Assembly (NCBI RefSeq): GCF_009914755.1
Contig: NC_060931.1
Strand: one strand, 5' to 3'
DNA from: the human T2T-CHM13v2.0 reference genome, Homo sapiens
DNA: 64,000 nucleotides
Made by a program: the position numbers and the translations under genes. Below the pieces are notes generated by a model. That model ran no database searches. It saw only the letters and a list, made by a program, of their open reading frames with translations, and was not told the DNA's origin. Below are positions 50,691-64,000 of this stretch, piece by piece. The first letter of the stretch is position 1, and each line of letters starts with the position of its first letter.

Positions 50691-53041
50691 ATTAGAGGGG
50701 CAAAGAGGCATGAGCCCTGTCGGGATGGCCACCTTTGTCCAAAGCAGAAGTGGCAGCGAGGACCTAAGTGAAGGTAGTGGGGCAGGGGTGTGGGTTTCAG
50801 GGATGCTCAGAAGATGGCCAGGTCATGCCTGTAGAGTCTCTAGGAAGGGGAGAGGTAGGGGGACCCTGGCCTGCCTCCAAGTGTGTGGAGATCCATGTAA
50901 TTGGCAGTGGGAAGCTGAGGCATAGATAGGAAAGAGATCCTCCACAGGCCAACCTGGAAGGAGATGCTTGCATGGAGGACCCCACTGGCCTGGCTCTTGA
51001 AGAGTCCCCTACCTACCAGTAGGTGCCATGCTGAGAGGCAAACTCTCCCCAGGGTGCACAGCACCTGATAGTTCTGGCCCTCACAGTGTAGACATGCAGG
51101 TGGGCCCAAGGGCACCCACACATGTACACACACATGTGCACATGCACCTTTTCCACCAGGCTGGGGACCCTTCAGGCTTTGCAATAACCCCACTTCCAGT
51201 CTTCCTATCATCATCTCTCCTCAGACCCATCCCAGGAAGCTTCAGGAAGGGCTGCTGAAGAAAGGAAAGGGTGGAAGGAGCCACTAACCGGGCTAGGTAG
51301 AGCCAGCAAAATCGACCTGCACAGTCCACGCAGGACCACCTTCATGACCACATGCCTGGACCTCCACCCCTGCCACCTTTTCTTACCTTGGGGGCACTGT
51401 GAACAGGTTCTCACTAGGAGCACACACCAGCACTGCACAGGGCCCACTCCACCCTCCAAACCCCGGGCTGAGAAGGAGGCTGTAGGGGGAGACAAGATTC
51501 TATGGCTCTGCACGCCTGTCAGCAGGTGAAACCCAAGGAAACACCTGACAGGGAGCCCTGAGACCTTCAACACCTGGCCACGCTGAAGTGCTGGGAGCAG
51601 GCACCGGAGAAGAGCTGGGAGAGCCAAGAGAAGATCAGAGTGTATCTGCTAAAAAGGTCAGAAAATTCACCTGGGAGCAGGAGGGGTGACATCTAAAAAC
51701 GTTCTGTTTTTTTTTTTTTTTAATTATTGTGACAGCAAGTGTGACACCTGGTGCTTAAAAGAAGAAGTTCCTGAATAGAAGTGCATTATTTGCACTGAAG
51801 GTACTAGATCTTTGTAAACTGTAAAGTGCTGTGCACTGGTCAGTTGTTGCTATTTGGGGATGCCTAGAGAGCGAAAGGCAAACGCAGGCTGAGCCCCGCT
51901 TCCTGATTTAAGAGAGACAAGCTAGAACTTAGTAGATATTCTTGAATGTGGAACACAGGGCTCTGGCATGGCTCCAGACAGTGTGGTGGGTCAAAGAAGA
52001 GTTTAGAGGGCAGGTGGTGTCAGTGGGAAGGAGGGAAGGTGACCCTGGCACTCATATGCATGGCACCAAGAGAAAATTGCTAGCTCTGACCTCTCTCGCA
52101 GCAGCTCTGCCCGGCAGCCGGATGCCCTGCTCCAGGCACCAAGCACAAAGGACAGACACACTCACAATCCAATTTGTTACATTTCCACCTTCCAGGGAGA
52201 GAGGGAGGTGAAATAAAAAATAAAGAAAAATCCCATTATCTTTATCTGTCCTTCCCATCAGGTGCAGAGGAAAATGCAAACTGGGGAGACAGCTGCTGTG
52301 AACTCTTTATATTTCACTCAGAAGATAGTGTATCTTTTTATTGCCTACAGGAATTACTTATTTGAAAAAATATATCCTTTCAGCTTGCTCGACTTGAGCC
52401 ACAAGACAGAGAGAGGGTGGTGGAGTTCTGGGGGCTATTGATAGAGCATTTGCATTAAACTACAGGAACCTCTGGAGGTCACGGACAGTGGCAGAGGGGA
52501 GAGGAAATGGGTCGCAGAGGAGACTGCGTGTGAACGGAATGGGAGTTCTCTCCACCTCCCTGCTGTGTAACCTGGGCCCAGGCACTGTGAGAACTCAGAG
52601 AACTGAGCTGCAGATTCTCCATCTGTGCAGGGGAAGAGAATGGCACCAGTGATTTCCCTTGAGGAGTGAAGGGAGGAGGAAAAAAAGCTCCTTAGTTCAG
52701 ATAGAAAAATGTCCTGTCTCTGCTAGTCTGCTAAGAAGTGGGGAACATCTCCTAGGCACCTTGGCACCCCCAAGCCTGGCACAGAGCTGGCCACAGGGTA
52801 GGATCTTCTCGTGTTTGTTGAAGAGTTTAGTGATGCAAACAGGTACCTACCCTGCCCAGATACCTGTGGGTGGAAAGGGACATTTTAAACCTGGTTGTGG
52901 GGACAGCCTCACGTGTAGCAGGGGGAGTGCTACCTGGGCACTGTGCCTTAGAGCTCTGCCTCAGTCCCAACTCCTCCCGCTGTGGTCGCTGTCCTTCCCC
53001 AGCTTCCAACACATTGCAGTGAAGGTGGGCCCTGCGGTTTC

Positions 53042-53423
53042 TGGGATAGTTAATTCTACGTGTCAACTTGGCTGGGCCACAGTACCCAGATATTTGGTCA
53101 CACATTATTCGATATGTTTCTGTGAGGGTGTCTTTCTATGAAATTAACATTTATATCAGGATGGATTTTGAATAAAGCAGATTTCTCTCCATAATGTAGG
53201 TGGGCCCCATCCAATCAGTTGAAGTCCTGACTGGAACAAAAGACTGACCTCCCTTGAGAAAGTGGGAATTCTGCCAGCAGACAGCCTTCAGACTTGAACT
53301 GCAATGTTGCCTCCTCCCTGGGTCTCCAGCCTGCCAGCCAACCCTGCAGATTTTCGACTTGCCAGCCTCCATAATCGTATGACCACTTCTTTAAAATGAA
53401 TCTCTCTCTCTCTCTGTTTCTGG

Positions 53424-53483
<60 letters not shown>

Positions 53484-53538
53484 GCACACACGCACACAAC
53501 CCTTGTTTCTATTTCTTTGGAGAATCCTTACTAACGCG
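53042..53538. mobile_element. MLT2-family (ERVL) solo LTR containing (TC)n and (CA)~26 microsatellites
   Basis: gatagttaattctacgtgtcaacttggctgggcc start; ggagaatccttactaac end; CA run at ~53429-53480. Confidence 0.8.
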
Positions 53539-55824
53539 GTTTCCCATCTTGGCTCCTTAATGCCTGCACAAGTCTGGCGAGGGAGTAGAGGGAGAGGAGT
53601 GGGAGAGCTCGTCTGAGCTCTGAGGAGCAATGAATAGACATGTCAGGAGTGAGCAGTTAGGCAAAGCCAGGGGCCACAGTGATGATGACAGGCAGGAGCC
53701 AAAAGCCAAGCAAGAGCCGGGAGGGTTGGGCTGGATTTACTTGGGACAATGACGGGGTGGTGCAAAATGTCTTTGCTTCTTGCGGAGCTGGCCTGGGATG
53801 GGTGCTCCTGCCGTGCCAGGGGCTGGGCATCAGGAGAGGGAAGGCAGCCTTTGCTGGATGCTCTCAGCAGTGGGAGAAGAAAGCACAGCGGGTGCGGGGA
53901 GAAAGTCGGGGGGCATGCTGTGCTGTCTTGGTCCTGTCCAGCCCATGGGGCTGAGTGAGTGCCAATGTGCTATGCGTCCCTTTGGCATAAATAGTCACAC
54001 CTTACATTTGTAAATTGCTCTTAGGCTTTCAAAGCACTTTCACCTACATGATGGGAACAACTTGCCTTGCTTCTCTCTCCCTGTTGGGGCTGTGATTGAA
54101 TAGTGTGGAAAAAGCATTTGGGTCTCTGAGGAGGCCCCATTTTTCTTGCGATGCAATCTAGCTTTGGTAAGAAGAAGCCTAGAGCTTTGTAAGCAGCTCT
54201 AAACTCTAGATTTAAAAGGAAAAAAGGGAACTTCTCAGAAGAGCACCCATCATGGTTGAGCAGGGAGATGTTGCTGAGCAGCTCAGTGTGATGCCCCTTC
54301 CCAGTGAGAGGGGGGCCCTGAGGTTCAAACTGCCCCAGGCCTCTCTTTGTTTCTCTCTGCTATCTGTCCCTGGTGTGGGGATCTTATTCCTCCAAGTGTG
54401 GCCCAGCAGCAAATGTGATGGCAGAGGGATCCTCTCTGTTTGTTTGGGTGCCTGGAGCTTGAACATTCATGGTGAGCACTGGAGACCTGTTTCCTCTGGG
54501 AAGCGGGTAGCCTTTCTCTGGCTTGTGCAGCCTCTGGCTGGGGAGACCAGCCACCCTCAGGCAGGTCCTTGTTGCAGAGCTGCTCTTGGGCTTCCTTTCA
54601 TCATGGCGGGTGGCAGGAGCAACTGTGCCTGCTTTGTCTGCTGCTGTTTCCACTCCAGATAGTCTAGAACTCTGGCTTCAGGAGGCTTTGCATCCCATAA
54701 AAGACTTGCCTTGCTGGGCTTGCACTCCCAGGCTTTTTAAGGGAGTGATTTAAGGGACTCTCAGGACAAAGTTCACGGGGCTGCCTTCTGTGAGCCCCTC
54801 CATGGGAAATCACCTATTCTTAAGCACAGAAGCACACATCTCTTCATGCAGCTGCATGCAGGTGCTCCTTCTGTGTTCTGGCACAACTTTGCAATCTCAG
54901 CTTCCAGCATGAAGGAGCCTGCTCCTATCACAGCTCCCCCTCTTGGCCCCACTCTGTCTGGACTCTCCTCCCACCTGAATTGCATTAAGGACCCTGCAAA
55001 GCTGAAGGTGCCCCCTGCTATATGGCCCACAGATGAAACAAAGGAACAGTGGGTGCTAGCTGGTTCCACTACCAAACTCAATTCTCCCTGGAAAAACCCA
55101 TTAAGGAGTATTCCACTCAATTGTTTGGACGTGGGGAACACAAAAATCCTCCTTCCAGGAACTGTTCTCTCTCCCACTGGGCCGTAACAGTTTCCTCACC
55201 CCATGAGTCTGTGGGCTCTTCATGGCAGCAAATCAAATGCACACAGACACACAGGTCTGGTCTGGCTCTAAGGGCACACATGTGAGCACACACCCATACC
55301 CCTCCCCACCACCATCACACATTGGCTTCCTCTGTGTCCCAGAAACAGCATACTCAGAGACACCTCCACAGTGGAGGGAGACACATGCTCACCGAATCTC
55401 CCTCCCTCAATATCCAAGCTCAGAGCACAGGGCCAAACACCTTCAGCCAAGAGCCAAGAGAGAGGAAATGGGGTTAAATGAAGAAGTGAGAATTTAGAGG
55501 AGTTACTACAACTTCCTGATCCTAAGACTCTTTAGACATCAGAATTCAGAGGGAGTGGGGTGAGGCAGTGGGAGGCGATGAAAATTCCCTCTGGATTCTA
55601 GAAAATAGCATAGATGCCCGTCTGTCTTGGATGGCTTAGCCAAAGCCAGCTTAGAGGCCAGATGGATGGATTAGAGGTGTCTGAGGGGTCCTCCCACCAC
55701 TATGTTACCAGGAATCTCCAGATACGAGCACATACACACATCAATGCTTCTCCCTCCATGGCCAGCATCAACAAACAGGCACAGACAGTATCCTTGTATT
55801 ATCCTCATAATCAGTGACAGCAGC

Positions 55825-56035
55825 CAATACTTACTGAATGTGTACAATGGATCACACACTGCATTAAAGACGCTTTTACATGCATGATCTCACTGAATTC
55901 TTACTACAAGGCAGGCACTATGATTATCTCCATTTATAGCTAGGAAACTAAGGCATACACAGGTTACTTGACCAGGGACACACAGCTAGGACTTGACGGC
56001 ACCAGGACTCAAATCTAGATGTGTTTGATGCTGGC
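55825..56035 (-). mobile_element. MIR
   Basis: MIR core attatctccattt..ggaaactaaggc..acttgaccaggg..cacacagctag..ggactcaaatc. Confidence 0.65.
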
Positions 56036-56770
56036 CCTCAAGGCTGGAACCACCTCTCTTCCCCACTGGCCTCTTCAGATCCTGGGGCTCCCCATGAGGA
56101 TTTCCCCAGGATGGCATCCTATGAAATGCTTATGCAAACCATAACTGGCTCTAAGTACAGGTGGCCCTAACCAGCATGCCCTTGTTTATAGAGGCTGGGA
56201 GATATATTCATGTAACAGCTAAAATGTCAGACTTCTCTCCAGCAGGCTTTCAAATCTCATTTTCCCTATACTTTCTCTCCATTCTCTATCACTGACCCAG
56301 ATCCCTCAAGCTGTAGGTATTCAGCAAAAATTATAGGCATGGAACTGAGCAGAAGGGAAGAGCCTCAGGCAACAACAGAGGCGGTGGCAGGACCTTGGGC
56401 CGCAGGAGCTCAGACAAGCGGACTCTGCCCTTAAATCCCCTTCTTTCCAGATATGACTCCTTCATTTCCCACCCCTCTGCTATTCAAAGGACCCCAGAGG
56501 CATGTCCTGCCAGGCAGATCACCAACAGACTACCAAGTGGCCCGTGGACCCCTCTCTGCAAACTGTTCACTGACCAGCTCTGGTCAATTCCAAGCAGGCC
56601 AGGAAGGCAACCCCATGGGCTCCTGCGGGGGTCCAGCCATGCCTGACTCCCTCCAGCCAGTGATTATTCCCCTCAGATCTCTACCCCAGCCCTGCCTCTG
56701 CTGACAGGAGAAGGTGAGGTGTGTTCAGGAGCAGCCACAAGGACAGCCCCTGGGTGGACAGCCTACTCAC

Positions 56771-56930
56771 CCAGATCCATATCTGCAGCTTTGGGCCGGT
56801 GGGAGCAAGGCACATTCTTGAAGATGGCATCCAGAATCTTCTCCTTGACCTGAGTGATGGTGTCACAGTTGAGGATCTTTACTGGGACCTCGGGGCTGTT
56901 GGCATTGTCTGGGCTGACACAGCTCAGGAC
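56771..56930 (-). CDS. PLXNA4: Plexin-A4 coding exon (probably 25), 160 nt: [53 protein letters not shown], Rho-GTPase-binding domain (RBD)
   Basis: ttcAG| acceptor and G|GTGAGT donor; plexin RBD motif [15 protein letters not shown]; phase 0 in, phase 1 out. Confidence 0.97.
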
Positions 56931-58771
56931 CTGAAGGAAAGGTGGGGAGAGGAAGCATATGAAATGGGGTAGCAGGAAAAGCTCCTAGATCCCCAGCAGC
57001 ACCCTGGGATTCCGTCCTGAATGGCTCATCCTCTCCAGGATGGGCTAGGGAGGAGTAGGGTGGCTCCAGGCCATCTGTGCTCCCACCAAGCCCACTGCCC
57101 TTTCCTGTCCAGGCAAGCAGGACAATGCCTTGGCTTCAATGTCCTTGAGGGAGTGCGAGCTGCACACTTCACTCCCTGTCAGAACAAACTTCATTAAAAT
57201 CCTGATTTTTCAAAGGGACAATGCCCAAGCATGTGGAAGCAGTGAGGGGAAATTTGCAACAGAACAGACACCAGTGCATGCATGCACACGTGCTATCTCT
57301 CTCACATGCATACAGGAGGCAGTGTCTCAGCGGCACACCCAGACCCTCGCCCACTTCTGAAACCCCCTGCCCATCCATGTTTGTCTGTCTCCTTCTTGTC
57401 ACTCCTTCTTGGACACACACACACAGAACTAATAGGAATCTGGCTTCTTTCTCCAAATATTTCACAAGCTTCAATTTTTATGAAGGTTTCATTCACCTGA
57501 TTAGAGGTTGGCAAATCTATAAGACACTTAATGTATTCTTTAAAAATAAAAAGATGCCCTTTAAAGATTGCAGGTTCAGGACACCTGAGATTCTTTCGTG
57601 GCCCTGAATAGGGCCCCTGTGTTGGGGGAAGAGGCGACTGCATAGTTCAGGGCCTCCATTTCTCCTTTTGGAACTAGTAGGAAAAGTTGAAACTGCTTCA
57701 CCAAATTATCTTTTTATTTTTTTTCCTTTAAAAAGTTCTGGGCTTTTCCTTTAAAAAGAACAAGGCTTTTCTTCTCTTGCTGTTCTCACAGTGGGATCTT
57801 TCTACATCGACGGCACCGTGTGGGCTCCTGGGTGGACTGGAGGGGAACGGGGTGGGTGCTGTGCGTACTGGAGTAAGTGAGGGCACAAGATCCAAGGCAG
57901 AGAGGCTGGGCATCCTAGGGGTACTGATGCCAAGTGGCCCTCCCCTTCTGGGCTCCCGAACTCTCCCTCGGGCCCTGCTGCCAGAGAGCCCTCTGTGTGT
58001 CTCTCTCCTTCTCGGAACTTTCACTCCCTCTGTGCCCCCATAAGCATTTCCCAATTGTCCCATCTGGTTTGCAGAGCCAGACAGCAGTCTCTCTCCCACT
58101 CCACCCCCTTCTTGCTGCATGTGGTGGCAATCAGAACCCTGGGCTCTGGGCACCTGCCTTTCATTAGCAACTAGACTGCTATGAGCTCAAATGCGAACAT
58201 GCTTATTCCATTAAGAAGGGGAAGAAAAAAAAACCCCTGAAATCTATAAAACCAAACTTTCACACTCAAAATGCCCTAACCTGAAAACAATGGTGGAGAG
58301 ACTGCTGCCTCAAGCGCTCCATGTGTGCCTCCTCCCAGCTCTCCCCTCCTTCTAAGAGTCTTCTGGCCCCTTCCCTCTGCTCAGCAGCCAAGCAAAGCCT
58401 GACCCTTGGGCTGTTCTGGCAGCCCCTGCTGTCCTGTCCTCTGGGCCCTGGTGGGGCAGCTCAGCCTTCCCAAGACAGCAACACAGCTTGCCCTGGGCTT
58501 CCTCCTCTGAGGGACCCATGGGGCAGAGGCTGCCACCTAAACGTAATCCCCTGGCATTTCTAATTGCCGCAGGAATTCAGCGTGGCCTCATGAGAACAAC
58601 TCCATGGTGCACTTCAGGGCAGGAGTTGGCGTTCTAAAGTGGAAGCAGTGGCCCCACAGAAGGACAGAGCCCCTGGCCACTGGCCAAGCTAGAGCTCCAC
58701 CCACAGGTTCCCTTCCTCCATGCTCCTTGGCTAGTTTGTGGACAAGCTGCCTCATGATTTCTCTGCCAGGG

Positions 58772-59232
58772 AAGTGCCTCTCAAACGCTAATGTGAATAG
58801 AAGCACTTGGGGGCTTTGTTGAGATACAAAATCTGATCTAGGAGGTCTGGGATGGGGCCTGAGATTCTGCATTTTTCCAGGTTCCCAGGCAACTAGCTAG
58901 TGCTCCCAGGTTCCCCGGTGGGCATCTAGCGCTCTAGCAGGCTTCCAGGTGCGCATCTAGAACTCTAGCAGGCTCCCGGGCGGGCACCTAGCACCCTGGC
59001 AGGCTCCCGGGCGGGCACCTAGCGCTCTGGCAGGCTCCCGGGCGGGCACCTAGCGCTCTGGCAAGCTCCCAGGTGGGCATTTAGTGCTCTGACAGGCTAC
59101 CAGGTAGGCATCTAGCATTGCCTGGTTCCAGGCTCCCACGTGGGTACCCAGTGCTCTAGTGGGCTTCTAGGTAGGCATCTTGCACTCTGCACCCAGATGT
59201 TGCTGATGTTGGTACTAGGGTGCTCCCACTGG
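58772..59232. mobile_element. MER5A-like DNA transposon split by a minisatellite
   Basis: ctctcaaac..aggtctgggatggggcctgagattctgcattt..caggttcccagg, resuming after the array with cccagatgttgctgatg. Confidence 0.6.
58877..59189. repeat. 31-bp minisatellite, ~10 copies (GCAGGCTCCCGGGCGGGCACCTAGCGCTCTG)
   Basis: Three near-identical central copies at 58968-59060 with degenerate flanking copies. Confidence 0.9.
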
Positions 59233-60639
59233 CATGGTCCTTGGCCACACCAGTCCAAGCTCCAGCATCAATCCAATAAATCACTAAACCCCTAGAGGCA
59301 CACCTGACTGCAAAGTGGTACACTCGCTTTCTCCCCAAGCCTCTTAGAGCCTCTCCGTGGTTCTCTCTCCTGCCCAAGACAAGGCTACTTTTAGCAGGTC
59401 CATAGCACTCTGGGCTCCTCCAGCCACCGCCGAGTTCCAGGACTCGTCTGCACGCCCTGTGTGCTGCTGTCCTGCACGATTTCTTGCCATCTGTCCACAC
59501 CCTGAGGGGGCTGCTCCCCTGCACATGTGCAAATACTTTCCCCAGGCCTGAAGGTGGCTATTAAAGCTCCCTGTGGCCGTTTCTTCTCCAGGCAAAACAA
59601 TTGCAGTTTCTTTCCTCTTTCCTCACTGCTCCTGTCCTCAAGTGTTCCCACCTAAATGGATACTGGTCCCTGAACCACTCCAATTTCCTCACATTCTCTT
59701 TAAGTTGCGGCACCTGAAATCAGCTCAGTGCACTACCAGTACTGTGGCCTCTGGAACAAAGGATGTTGCAATTTGGGGACAGAACATTATTACAACTGAT
59801 TGTGTTGGATTCAATATTGGGAGGGTGCTGAGGAGACAGGAAAGAAAGGGAGTGGAACGGGGGAGACAGGGTGGAAGACATTTACGCAGTACTTCTATCT
59901 CATTAAGAAATCCATTCAGGTCTCTATTTTTGGAAGGGTTTTCCCCCTCTTTTCCATTTTAATCGGAGCCTCTCTCTCTCTCCTTCCAAGCAGACGGTAA
60001 CTGCCAGAAAGCAGGGGCCTCATTCACAGGCTGCTCCTTTGAATCTTCATAACGGAGCCAATCCCCACAAATCTGTTCAGACGTCTACTGGGATTCCCGG
60101 GGCTTTTGGAAAATGAGAGTGGGATAGGTGGATCATGGTCACAGCCTTCCCAGCCAGCAGGGATGGCTTTGTTCAGAGGTGGGAACTGTCTCCCCAGCTA
60201 GCCACAGGCTCTGGAATTTGCCCTCAGCTCAGAGCAGTTGGAGGGGTTGTCTGAGAATCACACTCCCTCCCAGTACTACAATGCCCCAGCCTGCTGTGGC
60301 TCCCTCTCCCGACCGCTGCGTTTGAACTTCAGTCTGTTCCCCGTCCTCCTCGTTCCCTTCTGTCTCTCTTGCCTCCATTCTTGGGTGCCACTTGCATATC
60401 ACCCCCAACACTCAGCTTTTATCTTTTCATACTCCCTCCTTCCAAGTCCTCTCTTTCTCAGAGAAAAAGGGCTGGTTGGAGATCACTGTGATCTCCAAAA
60501 AATCCCGAGAGTGAGCTCCCTGGGTTTGAAAGGACAGTGAGCAGCGAGTGGACGCACGGTGACAGTGGGGAGAGGCAAGCGGGGCCTGCGTGACCAAGCA
60601 CTAGTGCATGAGTATGACGCGGGCTTCACTGCCTGTTCA

Positions 60640-60850
60640 TCTTGTCCCATCTGATCCTCTGCACAACTTCACTCTGAGCAACTATGATTATCCCCACTTT
60701 AGTCGGTTCTGTTGGTGTTCTCATTTTTTCAGATAAAGAGACCCAAATTCAGAGAGATTAGGAACCTGCCCCAATTCACCCTGTTGGTCGAAGGCAGAGC
60801 CAGGGCTCAAATCCAGGTCTGTCTGATCCCAAAGGCCATGCTCTTGAATG
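60640..60850 (-). mobile_element. MIR
   Basis: cattttttcagataaagagaccc..agagagatt..acctgccc..gcagagccagggctcaaatccaggtctgtctga. Confidence 0.6.
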
Positions 60851-61349
60851 CTAAGCCTTGGTGCCTCCTAGGGTAGCTGTTTTTGTCAGGTGAGGGAGCC
60901 TGACCTTGATGGAGGGGATCCCCACGTTCCTTCAGCAACTGCCTTGCACCACTAGGCCACCTTGGCCTTGCGTTATACAGCTTGGGTCACAGTTGTATTT
61001 GAACTTAGAGCAGAAGGCAGTGGGGGCTTCAGAGCTATGAGTAACTCTTTCTAGCTTCCTTTCCTCTCTGTCCCCCACTCTCTGCCTGCACGGACCTCTT
61101 CTGTAAAGCGTTGACTCTAAGCTGGGAGGACAGAAGAGTTCACCTGGGTCAAGGGCTTTGACCCTATAACTGGTGTGGTCAGAAACCCCCAGTTCATTGG
61201 CTGAAGTGTCACTCAAATGTGTCTGAGCTACTGGTCCCCAAATCCAAATGCCCTGGTGAAACAGAACAGAGGAAGTCTGGGGTGATGGACACAGCGGGAG
61301 CACCTGGCTGGGCCCACACAGCAGACACACCTGGAGAGGCAGCTGTTCA

Positions 61350-61604
<255 letters not shown>

Positions 61605-62431
61605 TCATTAGGAGGAGCTCTTGGAACACTGGAGTGTACCCCCAGTCCCTGCTTCTCCAAAGGGCTGCTTCCATCCCCTGCCAAGTCCCTGCACCTGCCC
61701 CCACCTGCTTTTATACTCAGCTCTTCAATCTCCTTCTCTCCATCTCCTCATCCTTCAGGCTGGCATTCCTCCTGGCTCTTTGGACCACAGGGTCTTTTCC
61801 CATTCTACCCATTTCTCCTTTCCTACTGCCGCCTCTCCAGGGCTCTTTCTTCCTCCCCCGCTCCCCTCCCCTCCTGCCCTCCTCTCTGCTCTCCCTCCCC
61901 ACCTCACCCCGCTCTCTCAGAGGCCCCATCCAAAGGCAGAGGTCAGTCCTGGGTGGCAAGAACTCCTTAGAACATAAGTTAATAATTGGAAGCTGAGCCT
62001 CTTCCACCTCCCAGGCGCATCCTTGGCTTATCTGCCGCAACATGCGGCTTCTGCACCGGCCGGGGGGCCTTATCAGCCTCAGTAAGTCTGGGGCTGGGAG
62101 AGGGAAGAGGAAAAGCAGAGAAATAATGGGCAAATTGTTTTTAACTTCAAAGGAGGATTCAGCTTTAGGGACCATGCAGGGCCTCTCAGGGCTCATCTAT
62201 CCCTTGCCAGGCAGTAGGAAACTAGCCTTGGGAAGACTGTGTCTTTGGAGCTATGATGGACTGCAGGCCTCTGTCTTCCTAGACAGTCCATGATAAGGAT
62301 GAATTCCATTTCTTGTGGGGTTATAAGAGCCAGGCCCAGTAAGGGAGGACTCGGGGGTGTGGAGCGATCCCCAGTCAGGCTGCAGAGAATGAACGAGGCA
62401 AGGCCAGAAATACGTCCACATCCAACCCTAC

Positions 62432-62498
62432 CTTGAGGAACTTGTAGAGGAGGAAAGTAAACCAATTGGTCAGCATCTTCTCAGCCACTGACTCAGTC
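62432..62498 (-). CDS. PLXNA4: Plexin-A4 coding exon (probably exon 23), 67 nt: (R)[23 protein letters not shown]1 GAP segment
   Basis: ctgacAG|G acceptor and AAG|GTAGGG donor; peptide matches the plexin-[17 protein letters not shown] motif; phase 2 in, phase 0 out. Confidence 0.96.
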
Positions 62499-62768
62499 CT
62501 GTCAGCAGTCACCGAGGGAACCAACGGAACAAGACAAAGAAAGAAGCAGCTGGTCAGAGCCCGTGGGCTGGGAAGGGCAAGGGAGGAATTGTGCATTGAT
62601 CTTGCTGCTTCTAGCGTTTAGGCCAAACCTTGCGATCCTAATGAATATGAGAGTTTCATGGACTCCTAGACGCCCCCATAATGGTAAGACAAGCTTTTCC
62701 TACAAAGCTGGAAGATGACATTTTGGGCAGCAGGCTGTGGGTGGGATTTTGGCTGGAACGCCTTAGAG

Positions 62769-62976
62769 CACCGCTGTCCAATTGCACGTTCTGTGATGAT
62801 GAAAATTTTCTCTACCTGTGCCATCTAATATGGCAACCACCGGCCACACATAGCTACTGAGCACTTAAAATGTGGCAGCATGTCTGAGGAACTGACACTG
62901 AACTTGTATTTATTTTTAACTAATTTAGATTTAAATAGTCACATGTGGCTCATAGCTATCCTATTAGATAGTATAA
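62769..62976. mobile_element. MER3 (hAT-Charlie) DNA transposon, full length
   Basis: CACCGCTGTCCAAT start and MER3 body; perfect 8-bp target-site duplication CCTTAGAG at 62761-62768 and 62977-62984. Confidence 0.88.
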
Positions 62977-63216
62977 CCTTAGAGAACTTTATAGGCTAGT
63001 TGTGTTCTTTTGGGTGAAAAAAAAAAAAATCCCAAATCCTGGGGAGGTACCAATTTGGCAGGGAATAGGAATAAAGGTGGCAGGAGAAGGGTTCCATGTC
63101 AGAAGGTCAGATGGCCAAACTGAGTCCACAGCCTCAGCTAAAGGCTCCCAGCATTCGCCGCAGCATAAAGCCATATACCCAGCTCAGCCCAAGCCGTGTT
63201 AAAACTGTCCTATTGC

Positions 63217-63588
<372 letters not shown>

Positions 63589-64000
63589 TCATTTGCAATG
63601 ACAGAAAGTTCATTCTTGAGTCTAACTTGCATCTTTCATGCTACAACACAAGCCCATCTACTCTTTTACTTTGGAAGTGAAGATGCAGCAGCAGTGCAGT
63701 CAGCCCAAGGACATTTTCAGTTGCATCCATTTAGAGAAAACAAATTACGTTCAAACTTGCACTAAGCATGCGGCCAGCTCCAGAGAGAAACTAGCCTATC
63801 CAGGTATGTCTGGATAGAGTTTAAAGTTGCAGTTGCCAGAAAATGCTAATAACTAAAATCCCAAGGTAGTTGGGAGGCTGCCGGCACAAAATGAAGCTGG
63901 TAAGAGAAAAGAAGAAGGAACATTGAAAGGAGGTGGGCAGCCGGGGGCAAGAAGAAGAAAAGGAAAGGAGGGCAGAAGGAAGCAAGAGCATCCAGGAGAA

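Noticed and set aside
58877-59189. 31-bp repeats as a possible CRISPR-like array or CTCF site array
   Set aside because: The units are contiguous with no unique spacers, the context is a eukaryotic intron, and similarity to the CTCF core is only partial.

Overview
Primate (very probably human) genomic DNA containing the 3' end of PLXNA4 (plexin-A4) on the minus strand. Ten GT-AG coding exons lie between 62498 and 27666. Their splice phases join into one frame of 1399 nt (one split-codon base plus 465 codons plus TGA) encoding the cytoplasmic split GAP/RBD region. A ~7.1 kb 3' UTR follows and ends at tandem AATAAA signals near 20.5 kb. The 0-20 kb part is intergenic and rich in transposable elements: nested L1/Alu, MLT2, LTR33, MER81 and a MER41A solo LTR. 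No prokaryotic-type system, CRISPR array or second protein-coding gene is supported, and the other listed ORFs look like noise. The most unusual signal is a ~180 bp element in the last intron (29269-29449). It is a four-piece mosaic copied from the PLXNA4 3' UTR and from sequence just upstream of the last splice acceptor, joined at microhomologies (a template-switch scar), and it creates long inverted repeats bracketing the terminal coding segment in the pre-mRNA. Other candidates are an Alu-flanked 939-nt stop-free exon circle, a cryptic poison exon behind a ~660-nt AG-free pyrimidine tract, and a CpG-rich 31-bp minisatellite inside a MER5 element. Repeat family names and exon numbers are from memory of consensus sequences and annotation, not from a database search.
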